A stretch of DNA of 35,906 bases, taken from assembly GCA_038208355.1 (NCBI GenBank), contig JBBQYU010000003.1, positions 1 to 35,906 of the forward strand, read 5' to 3'. The stretch is from Candidatus Moraniibacteriota bacterium (lineage in GTDB: Bacteria > Patescibacteriota > Minisyncoccia > Moranbacterales > UBA1568). The translations under genes and the position numbers were made by a program. This document shows positions 27,754 to 35,269 of the stretch, in pieces. Position 1 is the stretch's first letter, and every line of letters starts with the position of its first letter. Under the pieces are notes generated by a model, which saw only the letters and a list, made by a program, of their open reading frames with translations, was not told the DNA's origin and ran no database searches.

Positions 27754-28932
27754 TCAAGATTCTATCTGAACAGGTAACAACGCATTCTTCTTTTTCATGG
27801 AATAATATAGGATACTGAAACCCAAGAGCGAAAACAGCCCAGCCGCTATAAACGGATAGTAGGCCTTGATTTCAAACAACGCCCCCGCCAGAAGTGGACC
27901 AAACACCATACTCAAAAACATAATAGAAGCCAAGACACCGAGAATCTCACCGCGCTTCTTGACGTTCTGCCTGATAGTGAGACTGGTCAAAATCACTCGC
28001 AGCACCGACTGTCCCATCGTCATACACAACAGACCAATAATGAAAAAATAAATGTTCGGGATGGCCGTGATGAGATACCCCAGACCGAAGACAAAAAACA
28101 AGGTCAAGGCCAATTTCTGTTCTTCAAAATAACGCAGCCAAAAATGTTTCAGCAAGAGTCCCTGATTGATGACCAGGATTACTCCCACTCCCGCCATGAA
28201 CGATCCTGCCACCGCCGATCCGTACCCGAACACCTTGTCCAAGTACAAAGCAAAAACCGACTGCTGGCTGGCCAACGCTAGGCCAAAAATAAACCACACC
28301 ACATAATTCCCTATCAATTCCTTTTCCCGATAAATCCCCAGTATCGGCGCAAAGGGATTGACACTCAGTTTTTTCTCCGCATCTCGATGCAGATGGCTCT
28401 CCGGCAGATTGATAAAGGCCAATATCAAGTTCAGACTAGCCAGAATACCCACCACCCAAAAAGGAAGCGCGTGAGAAAAGGTCCCCAACCAACCACCCAA
28501 GACGGGGCCAATGATAAAAGCTATCCCGAAAATAGAACCAATCAGTCCTAGGTTGGCAATCCGTTCTTTTTCATCCTTGGCCAGGTCCGCCAGATAGCTC
28601 TGGGCAATAGGCATATTGCCAGCCGCCAAACCATCGATAATCCGACCAACGAACAAAAACACGATACTGTGGGCACTGGCAAAGACCAGCCACCCCAGCG
28701 CGGTACTAGCGATACTGATGAGGAGCACTGGTCGCCGACCAATCTTGTCTGACAAGGCACCCAAATAAGGAGCGCTCAGGAAAGAACACAGGGAGAAAAC
28801 CGAAAACAGCACCGTCACCACGAAAGCAGACACGCCGAAAGACTCAACATAAAAGGGCAAAATAGGAATGACAATACTGACACCCAGCACATCGATAAAA
28901 GCCGTCATCAGAATGATTTGTTTCGGAGACAT
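27754..28932 (-). CDS. MFS transporter, DHA1/TetA-like
   Basis: Motif A GALSDKIGRRPV, GRIIDG, motif C G..IGPVLGG, LPES; about 12 TM. Confidence 0.92.
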   Translation of the reverse strand: MSPKQIILMTAFIDVLGVSIVIPILPFYVESFGVSAFVVTVLFSVFSLCSFLSAPYLGALSDKIGRRPVLLISIASTALGWLVFASAHSIVFLFVGRIIDGLAAGNMPIAQSYLADLAKDEKERIANLGLIGSIFGIAFIIGPVLGGWLGTFSHALPFWVVGILASLNLILAFINLPESHLHRDAEKKLSVNPFAPILGIYREKELIGNYVVWFIFGLALASQQSVFALYLDKVFGYGSAVAGSFMAGVGVILVINQGLLLKHFWLRYFEEQKLALTLFFVFGLGYLITAIPNIYFFIIGLLCMTMGQSVLRVILTSLTIRQNVKKRGEILGVLASIMFLSMVFGPLLAGALFEIKAYYPFIAAGLFSLLGFSILYYSMKKKNALLPVQIES

Positions 28933-29141
28933 AATTGTACGGCAATAGCGTTATTTTTTACCTACGACTTCCCGCAGAGCAGTAGTATGATAGCAGAAAT
29001 ATCGGGCGCAATCCAGCCCCATCAATATATATGCCCCTTCCGTTACCTTGACAAAAGACCTCACTTGAGAGAGAATCTCATATCTATCTGGCCCACGCTC
29101 AGATAGACTAGTCCCTTCCAAAAATCAACCAGGAGCCACTC

Positions 29142-29765
29142 ATGGACGCAACCATTCACCCCTCATTCGCGCGCGATAGTCTGCCAAGCAACGCCCTCGA
29201 ACTCTGTGACCTTTTGAGGCTCAGCAATGAAAGCGAAGTACCCATTGAGTCCTTCACCATCATTTCTGACGGCAACAAAATGGTGACCAAAGTTGGCCCG
29301 GGTACCTACAAGACCGCGCTGGTACTCGTATACCTCTCGGCTCTGGCTGGCTTTCCGGCATTTGTCTTGACCAATGCCATGCACGAGCATATCCTCTCCC
29401 CCTATTTTGGTCTAACGCTTTTGGCCGACGCTGCTAATCCCCAAACCAAACGTACCAACCTCCGAGCGCTCGTCGGAAAAACGGTGCGCATCAAAGTCAA
29501 GTTCAGGCCGGACTATGACCACGCCAATCTTCCCAAGAGTCGCACGGTGCAAGATATTCTCTGGTTTGGCTGGGAACGGCGCGAGTCCCTCACTGCCACC
29601 TCCCCAGAGCCCTTCTTGCGGGCGGCCATTGCCTGGCTCCTCAATCGGGCCGACCACCATCTGCTCGATCCGGACGAGATAATTGGTAGTCTGACGATGA
29701 CCCAGTGGGTGAACCGCGCCCGCAACATGTATTGCCGCCTCACCCCAAACCAGACCGGCTCCTAA
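29142..29765 (+). CDS. Hypothetical protein
   Basis: AGGAG SD; TTGACA-17-GAGAAT at 29048-29076; terminator downstream. Confidence 0.65.
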   Translation: MDATIHPSFARDSLPSNALELCDLLRLSNESEVPIESFTIISDGNKMVTKVGPGTYKTALVLVYLSALAGFPAFVLTNAMHEHILSPYFGLTLLADAANPQTKRTNLRALVGKTVRIKVKFRPDYDHANLPKSRTVQDILWFGWERRESLTATSPEPFLRAAIAWLLNRADHHLLDPDEIIGSLTMTQWVNRARNMYCRLTPNQTGS

Positions 29766-29790
29766 TCCACCACCATCCGCAACGCGGATC

Positions 29791-29825
29791 AAAAAACCTG
29801 CTGCTCACCGAGTACCAGGTTTTTT
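29791..29825. terminator. Bidirectional terminator between convergent genes
   Basis: aaaaaacctg / caggtttttt stem. Confidence 0.65.
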
Positions 29826-29854
29826 CTTTTTCTCAAGATTGTGAACAACGTCAT

Positions 29855-30172
29855 TTACTCTTTGACTGATAATTTTTTCTCCCGATCCGGCCCAAGTCCC
29901 CACTGCCAACGCGGTGACTCCCCCTTGTAATAACAGATCACCAGGAGCCAAGCCGTCAAAAGAATGACGAGAAAGGGGAAGGAATAAAAAGCATTTTGAA
30001 ACGAAGTGCCAAGTTCGGTTTGGGGCGACAAGACAACCAACGCCCCAACATAGGCGAAAATTACCGCCCACCCCTGCCATTTGACCGGGACCCAGCCCCA
30101 GCCATAGACTTTTCGTTTGAACCAATATCCCTGTGGGTTGTCCCGCAGGTACGCCACGTATTTTTTAAACAT
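29855..30172 (-). CDS. Small 2-TM membrane protein
   Basis: YWFKRKVYGWGW.P..WQGW, two TM segments, KGESPRWQWG. Confidence 0.8.
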   Translation of the reverse strand: MFKKYVAYLRDNPQGYWFKRKVYGWGWVPVKWQGWAVIFAYVGALVVLSPQTELGTSFQNAFYSFPFLVILLTAWLLVICYYKGESPRWQWGLGPDREKKLSVKE

Positions 30173-30213
30173 AGATTTGATAGGTTTGCTCAGATACTGA
30201 TTATATATCCAGT

Positions 30214-30244
30214 ATACAGTTACGTAATCAGTTACGTAACTGTA
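30214..30244. promoter_or_regulatory. Tandem palindromic operator
   Basis: GTTACGTAAT 30219-30228 and GTTACGTAAC 30231-30240 (12-bp period). Confidence 0.7.
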
Positions 30245-30303
30245 TGGTCAATTGCAACGCCGTGGTCCTCTTTCACCAAGGCTACGAACGGGCACTTGTC
30301 ACA

Positions 30304-30711
30304 CTACCTATTCATGTAAGTAATTGTTAATTGAAGCGTGACTGCAAATGAGACCCAGAGGAAATATGGGATGTTACTATAGACGACCCAGTGCAAATCA
30401 GGTGAAGCGTGCCAGATAGTGGCGAGGGCCCAGATGAGCGTGCCCAAGACGAGCAGGATGTCGATAGAGGCCAGGAGGTTGTTCTTGAGGCCGAATTGAA
30501 AATAGGTAAAAGAGAAATTGAAGATGAGGTTCAAAATAAACGGCAAGGCTACCATCATCGTAAGCTCTTTGGTGATGAACGTCTTGTAGAAGACTGTGCC
30601 GAAAGAGACGGCGATAAGAGCGTACAGCACCGTCCAGACCGGGCCGAAGATCCAGCTCGGTGGCGCCCAGAAAGGCTTTACTAATTCTGTGTATACTTGC
30701 GGTTCGTTCAT
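30304..30711 (-). CDS. tspO: TspO/MBR family membrane protein
   Basis: KPFWAPPSWIFGPVWTVLY, LIFNFSF, PYFLWVSFA. Confidence 0.92.
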   Translation of the reverse strand: MNEPQVYTELVKPFWAPPSWIFGPVWTVLYALIAVSFGTVFYKTFITKELTMMVALPFILNLIFNFSFTYFQFGLKNNLLASIDILLVLGTLIWALATIWHASPDLHWVVYSNIPYFLWVSFAVTLQLTITYMNR

Positions 30712-30746
30712 ATCTTTTATTTCTTCTCTTACTCGTAGTCCACAAT

Positions 30747-30923
30747 TTATCGTTTATGCCAATCTCTGATTTCCAATCCACCTCTTATTCTTTTGACGAC
30801 CACTTTCTGCTTCTCCCGCCAACCTAATTCCCGCACCAGCTCAATAGGGAGCGTCACGGCAATAGACTTGCCGCCCAACTTGGTCAACTTACGCACGTTT
30901 TTATCTGCAATTGTTTTTGTCAT
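30747..30923 (-). CDS. AbrB/MazE/SpoVT-family DNA-binding protein (58 aa, not in the ORF track)
   Basis: MTKTIADKNVRKLTKLGGKSIAVTLPIELVRELGWREKQKVVVKRIRGGLEIRDWHKR, matching the swapped-hairpin pattern RK...G.S..VTLP...R.LG. Confidence 0.85.
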   Translation of the reverse strand: MTKTIADKNVRKLTKLGGKSIAVTLPIELVRELGWREKQKVVVKRIRGGLEIRDWHKR

Positions 30924-30934
30924 ATATGTACCCT

Positions 30935-30956
30935 GTTACGTAACGAGTTACATACT
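30935..30956. promoter_or_regulatory. Tandem palindromic operator upstream of the AbrB-type gene
   Basis: GTTACGTAAC 30935-30944 and degenerate GTTACATACT 30947-30956, just downstream of TAGAAT (30960-30965, minus strand). Confidence 0.65.
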
Positions 30957-31006
30957 CCCATTCTACTCCCCTCTCACCGCTGCCGCAACCACGTCCTTTC
31001 CCCAAG

Positions 31007-31043
31007 AAAAAACCCGCCTTTGGTCGGATGACCGGGGGCGGGT
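31007..31043 (-). terminator. Intrinsic terminator
   Basis: acccgcctttggtc / gaccgggggcgggt imperfect stem followed by T6 on the minus strand. Confidence 0.65.
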
Positions 31044-31062
31044 AATGAGGGGCGGCGATGTG

Positions 31063-31887
31063 CTATAAAAGCGCACACAGGTTCAGGAAGGCCAATTCCC
31101 TGGCCAGTGGAATGGCCGCTCTTTTGAGCTGCTCCAGCTGGAGATAGTAATCTTCGGCATCCGGTCGCGTTATTTGCGCTACCAAAATTTCCGAATACCG
31201 CTGGTCCAATTCCAGTAATGCGAAAAAGACACCAGACGTATTTCTGATACCCAGTTCCGGGTAGATTTCGGCTACCCTGTCTTTGGTATCACTGCCTTGC
31301 AAAAGGCTGATGTTCGCGCGCTGAATCATCATGCGTCCAGCATAGACTGGAAAACTGAGCGCCTTGCCGAGCAAGCGCGCTGTCTGTTCTGCGGACAAAG
31401 AATCGAAAGCGATTTCACCTCGTTCAAATGCCTCCATTTTGTGGATGAGATACGCCTTGATATCAGCCGCCACATCAGAACGACATTGGATCAATTGCGT
31501 GGGGTTTTCTTTGATGAGGCCGCCACCAGCCATCGCCAAGTTGAAATGCGCAAAAAAAGTGGCCGAAAGACCATGTGCCCCCGACTCCGCCAATGCCGCG
31601 TCTTGCGGTATGAACTGCACCGGAACGTAGAGCTTGTGCGCCACACGATCCAAATCCTGCATCAGAGCAATCACTTCCTGACGATTCGGCTGATTATACA
31701 AAACCAAGACATCAATATCACTGCGGGAGGTGTAATCACCCCGCATACACGAGCCAAGCATGAGTGCAGCAACCACCTCTGGCGCCGCCGCAAGTTCTTT
31801 GCGAATAAATCGCGCAACGTCATAAATAGTCCCGGGCATCGGAACATGCCAACGCTCTATTTCCTCAAACGTGAACACTTTTCCCAT
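31063..31887 (-). CDS. Nucleotidyltransferase (MNT-like) domain with a helical C-terminal domain
   Basis: LGSCMRGDYTSRSDIDVLV; start at 31887 after a purine-rich SD-like stretch (GAAGGGG); the longer ORF-track start crosses a promoter and a repeat. Confidence 0.8.
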   Translation of the reverse strand: MGKVFTFEEIERWHVPMPGTIYDVARFIRKELAAAPEVVAALMLGSCMRGDYTSRSDIDVLVLYNQPNRQEVIALMQDLDRVAHKLYVPVQFIPQDAALAESGAHGLSATFFAHFNLAMAGGGLIKENPTQLIQCRSDVAADIKAYLIHKMEAFERGEIAFDSLSAEQTARLLGKALSFPVYAGRMMIQRANISLLQGSDTKDRVAEIYPELGIRNTSGVFFALLELDQRYSEILVAQITRPDAEDYYLQLEQLKRAAIPLARELAFLNLCALL

Positions 31888-31936
31888 GACAATCCCCTTC
31901 TCAGTGGTTAAGTTGTAAAAAAACGAGCGAAGAAGC

Positions 31937-31965
31937 AGTATACTGAAAAAAGCCTCGAAAGTCAA
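31937..31965 (-). promoter_or_regulatory. Sigma70 promoter
   Basis: TTGACT-17-TATACT. Confidence 0.75.
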
Positions 31966-31982
31966 TGGCCAACCAAAAACCA

Positions 31983-32077
31983 ACCCTCCGTGAGGAAAGT
32001 TGGTTGGAGAAGTTAGGCTTTGGCTTTCTTTTTCTGGTGGCCGAGGTTCTTGATACCCTGGTTCTTCACCTTGCCTT
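31983..32077. repeat. 95-bp direct repeat, copy 1 (att-like)
   Basis: Identical to 35175-35269 except G32002/A35194. Confidence 0.95.
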
Positions 32078-32135
32078 TCCCTCACAAAGGATTATACTGC
32101 AGACATCGAAACTTTCACTCTCCGAGGAGATGACC

Positions 32136-32336
32136 ATGAACTGGCAATGGCTGAAAGAGCTATTTAGCTGGAACGAAGTACCAGATCCAGCAACTGCCGA
32201 GCATCTGGAGGAGGTCCTTCCGGCTTCACCTCAGGCAGGCACAGAGCTCGGCTGCGCGTATTGGGACGGCATGGACGCTAGCTCCGAAGGACCCTTTCAC
32301 AGGAATCCTGACGGACGTATGAACGCTCGGCGCTAA
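32136..32336 (+). CDS. 66-aa acidic, Trp-rich hypothetical peptide
   Basis: GAGGAG SD; TATACT at 32093-32098; terminator at 32358-32391. Confidence 0.6.
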   Translation: MNWQWLKELFSWNEVPDPATAEHLEEVLPASPQAGTELGCAYWDGMDASSEGPFHRNPDGRMNARR

Positions 32337-32357
32337 ACCCAAGCAACAACAAATCAC

Positions 32358-32391
32358 ACCGTCGTCGCGCAACAGCGCCCGACGGTTTTTC
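32358..32391 (+). terminator. Intrinsic terminator
   Basis: accgtcg / cgacggt stem followed by a T-run. Confidence 0.65.
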
Positions 32392-32422
32392 ATTCTTTTA
32401 ACGGAGTAATGGCTTCAGACTA

Positions 32423-33142
32423 TCAGACAAGTGTCTCGGCTGCTTTCACGAGATCTGCTATAAACGAATCTCGATTGGCTGCCGTAACTGCTTGATATTT
32501 CCGTCTCAATCTTCGAAGTATTTTTTCATGCATCGGATAATCTATAGGAACAGCACCGAACACTCTGAGCCAACGTGGTGTCGCCTGAACCACTGAATTG
32601 AAAAGCTCAGTTATGTGCCAACAGAAAAATGCATTCTCTCCCTTTTTTAATTCTGGCCGAGTTCGAAAGAGGTATTGATAGCAAATGAAATGAAGCAACT
32701 CATGAGCGACTACCACGGGTATCAGTTTCTTACGGCGGAATCGGACAGGAATCTGGAAAGTCTTATCTTCGAGATAACGAGGAAACATCCCCCACACTGT
32801 TGGGTAGGCAATATATTTACCTTTTGGCCACGGCAATGTTTCAAAAATCTCATCCGTGAGTTCAAAAAAAACTGGTGCCAATTTCTGCCATACCTGTTTG
32901 GCTGCAAGTATATCGCGTTTTATCCCATCACTCTCTTTCATGTGAAGGTGTCGAATCTGCTGCCGTACCGCCAAAGGCACCGTCCGTCTAGAAACAAGCG
33001 CGGAGCGAAGCTCTGGCGCGACCGAAAAAACTGCCTGTTCCAAGGCTGCTCCATTATCAAAACGAGCATCACGAAGAAAGCCACTCACAGCAGCAACATC
33101 CTTCTGATGACTTGTTGAAAAACGGACTCGTGGGTGTTTCAT
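32423..33142 (-). CDS. HExxH zinc-metallopeptidase-like protein
   Basis: VVAHELLHF with a downstream E in WHITE (gluzincin-like spacing). Confidence 0.7.
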   Translation of the reverse strand: MKHPRVRFSTSHQKDVAAVSGFLRDARFDNGAALEQAVFSVAPELRSALVSRRTVPLAVRQQIRHLHMKESDGIKRDILAAKQVWQKLAPVFFELTDEIFETLPWPKGKYIAYPTVWGMFPRYLEDKTFQIPVRFRRKKLIPVVVAHELLHFICYQYLFRTRPELKKGENAFFCWHITELFNSVVQATPRWLRVFGAVPIDYPMHEKILRRLRRKYQAVTAANRDSFIADLVKAAETLV

Positions 33143-33177
33143 AAAAAAATGTGGCGAAAGAGATTCTCTCTCGCCAC
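33143..33177 (-). terminator. Terminator after the radical SAM gene, abutting the next ATG
   Basis: gtggcga / tcgccac stem followed by T7 on the minus strand. Confidence 0.7.
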
Positions 33178-33199
33178 TAGCATACGCGAATCGGCGTCT

Positions 33200-34567
33200 T
33201 CAGGCAACTGTCTCGGCGTACGTTTGCCAGATTAGCCACTCGAGCGACTTGCGGCTATGCGGGCAGATGCGCCGATCGATATTCCAGCGATTGCCCGTGC
33301 TAAGCTCGACGCTCGCTGGACAACCGCCACCACAGATGGCCAGAGCCGGACAACCATGGCACTCCTTCATGTAGAACGGTGAACGGGTTCGCCACTCGGC
33401 ATGCAACCCAGCCGCAACCGGATCGCTATCGTCATGCACGGAACCACGGAAATACGTCCGGGACTTCACGAAATCCTGGCAGACACCGATGGCGCCATCC
33501 GGAGCGACGATAATCTGGTTACCGCTCACGCCGCAATCGACGAAAATCGGGTCTTGATCGGCAAAAGACTGAACCTTACGCATCATCCGTTCTTCGTAGA
33601 TCCCCAGATCGCGGAAACGTTCGAAGGCCTGCAGAATACAGTCGGCCGCACATTCGTAGTACTCGTCATCCACAGGAACTGCTGGTGAGAAATGCAGGAT
33701 GTTGAAGTTGATCCCACTTTCCACCCGCAGATCGTTGATGAAGAAGTCGAGCACCTCGTCAAAGTGAGCAACCACATCCGGCGTAAGCGTTGCCGAAAGG
33801 CCGACCTCGATACCGACCGACCGCGCCAGTTCATAAGCCCGGCGAGCACTAACGAAGGTATCCACGCCATCCTTCTTGGCAATACGGAACTGATTTGTGT
33901 AAAGAGCTGGCCCATCGAGAGAAATCCCAAGCGCCACCTTTTCCGCCGCGAGGTATCGTGCGAACTCCTCGTCGAGCAGGAGACCGTTGGTGAGGATGAC
34001 TAGCTTGGTTTCGGATGGCAGGGCACCGCTTGCCTTGCATTCCGCCAATCGACTCACAGCCCAGCGAATTGCCTTCTTGTTCATCAGTGGTTCGCCACCA
34101 TAGAGCTGGATAAGCTTTTCTGGATTGGTGCTGCCGTACTGCCTGGTCAACCTGGCAAACGTATCGATCGCCGCGGCCACTGTGGCCTCGTTCATGTGCC
34201 GCGCTCGGAATTGTGGAGCGCCTGGCGATTCCTCAAAGCAGTAGGTGCAACGCAGGTTGCAACCATCCGTCACGAGGAGATACATGACATCAAGCGGCTG
34301 ATGAGCCGCAAGCATAACTTGCCACTTTTCAAGCTCAGCCTGATCATCGTGATCAAGTGTCACCAAGAGGCCTTGCTCAATAAGACGAGGAAATGTTTCG
34401 CCGACCTCTTCGCGCCAGTCAGCTTCGGAACGGGCGGCGTTCCCTGCCTCCCTGATAACTTCCCCCACGACTCGCGAAAGATACGCTACTTCCATCGTCA
34501 AGGCGTGGTACAGGGCGGCCGTTTCTTCCCGGAAGAAGTAATGGACCCAAGTTGATAGACGATACAT
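33200..34567 (-). CDS. Radical SAM/SPASM peptide maturase with an N-terminal RRE-like region
   Basis: CNLRCTYC, YGGEPL, TNG, ISLDG; SPASM CG...DG...C, CHGCPALAICGGGC, distal C; GGAGG SD. Confidence 0.93.
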   Translation of the reverse strand: MYRLSTWVHYFFREETAALYHALTMEVAYLSRVVGEVIREAGNAARSEADWREEVGETFPRLIEQGLLVTLDHDDQAELEKWQVMLAAHQPLDVMYLLVTDGCNLRCTYCFEESPGAPQFRARHMNEATVAAAIDTFARLTRQYGSTNPEKLIQLYGGEPLMNKKAIRWAVSRLAECKASGALPSETKLVILTNGLLLDEEFARYLAAEKVALGISLDGPALYTNQFRIAKKDGVDTFVSARRAYELARSVGIEVGLSATLTPDVVAHFDEVLDFFINDLRVESGINFNILHFSPAVPVDDEYYECAADCILQAFERFRDLGIYEERMMRKVQSFADQDPIFVDCGVSGNQIIVAPDGAIGVCQDFVKSRTYFRGSVHDDSDPVAAGLHAEWRTRSPFYMKECHGCPALAICGGGCPASVELSTGNRWNIDRRICPHSRKSLEWLIWQTYAETVA

Positions 34568-34586
34568 GTCAACCTCCAGATGTGGA

Positions 34587-34622
34587 AAGGGACGGCGTCA
34601 GCTGATTCGCCTGCCGTCCCTT
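34587..34622 (-). promoter_or_regulatory. Intercistronic hairpin between precursor and maturase
   Basis: aagggacggc / gccgtccctt 10-bp stem with only a short T tail. Confidence 0.65.
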
Positions 34623-34646
34623 GTTTGACCAATTGCGTTGCCGCAA

Positions 34647-34805
34647 TCAGCCGACCTGCGCCGACGGCTTGACCGTGGCGCTTTTGCTCCTGCAGCGCAT
34701 GCAGGAGGTGTAGCAGCACTTGGGGCCGCCGAAGGTCTCGCTCGCGAGCCTCCGGGCGACTGCCAAACGCTGTTGCGACGTGGGCGTCGCCATTTGACCG
34801 CTCAT
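34647..34805 (-). CDS. Putative RiPP precursor peptide (52 aa)
   Basis: MSGQMATPTSQQRLAVARRLASETFGG-PKCCYTSCMRCRSKSATVKPSAQVG; GAAGG SD; immediately upstream of the rSAM/SPASM gene. Confidence 0.8.
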   Translation of the reverse strand: MSGQMATPTSQQRLAVARRLASETFGGPKCCYTSCMRCRSKSATVKPSAQVG

Positions 34806-34900
34806 AATGAGCCTTCTTTCTTCAGACACAGGGAAATTCCTGCGCCCTCATTCAACTATGCTTTCCCTCTTGTGTCAAGAGCGCGATGGTTTGTAAAAAA

Positions 34901-35170
34901 TTATTTCTTATCATTCTCATGACTCAGCTGAAAATCAGCACCGATGCGGGTACAAGTGCCATAGTCGCCCAATTCACAAAGTGCGATACGGTCCATAAGA
35001 AAAGACAGGCTGCTCTCAGGAAGATGCGCCAATACATCGGCTCGAGGCTGTTTCAACTTGGTGAAACTGATATGGTGTGAATAGAGCGTATAGGCGTCGG
35101 TCCAACCGCAGACCTTCAGATTACTCTGTTGCTTGGGGCTGAGTTCCGACCAACGGGCGAAATAGCGTAT
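34901..35170 (-). pseudogene. Open frame lacking a canonical start (gene fragment or ATA-initiated gene)
   Basis: No minus-strand stop from 35191 to 34904; GGAGG lies 6 nt before an in-frame ATA at 35170. Confidence 0.3.
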
Positions 35171-35174
35171 CCCT

Positions 35175-35269
35175 ACCCTCCGTGAGGAAAGTTAGTTGGA
35201 GAAGTTAGGCTTTGGCTTTCTTTTTCTGGTGGCCGAGGTTCTTGATACCCTGGTTCTTCACCTTGCCTT
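35175..35269. repeat. 95-bp direct repeat, copy 2 (att-like)
   Basis: Matches 31983-32077; covers the last 65 nt of ORF 35205-35387 plus 30 nt downstream. Confidence 0.95.

Larger units (their letters stand above)
32078..35174. mobile_element. Putative integrated islet carrying a RiPP cluster
   Basis: Bounded by 95-bp direct repeats that duplicate a gene 3' end; no integrase inside. Confidence 0.6.

Noticed and set aside
27754-28932. Tetracycline resistance gene tetA
   Set aside because: Only general DHA1 motifs are present and there is no tetR; the substrate cannot be assigned.
30747-30923. MazEF/VapBC toxin-antitoxin pair
   Set aside because: The downstream gene is tspO and no toxin ORF is adjacent.
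31888-32135. N-terminal extensions of ORFs 31063-32085 (-) and 31965-32336 (+)
   Set aside because: They run across the repeat and promoter; SD-supported starts are at 31887 and 32136.
886-32391. Integron attC sites after the orphan genes
   Set aside because: No shared RYYYAAC/GTTRRRY ends were seen, the genes have their own promoters and both orientations, and there is no intI; the hairpins look like terminators.
35176-35200. RNase P RNA or tmRNA suggested by GAGGAAAGT
   Set aside because: The motif does not continue as GAGGAAAGTCC, and no other RNase P or tRNA-like elements were found.
31983-35269. DGR template/variable repeat pair
   Set aside because: Only one mismatch (A/G), no reverse transcriptase in the window, and neither copy ends a C-type lectin-like gene; an att-like duplication fits better.
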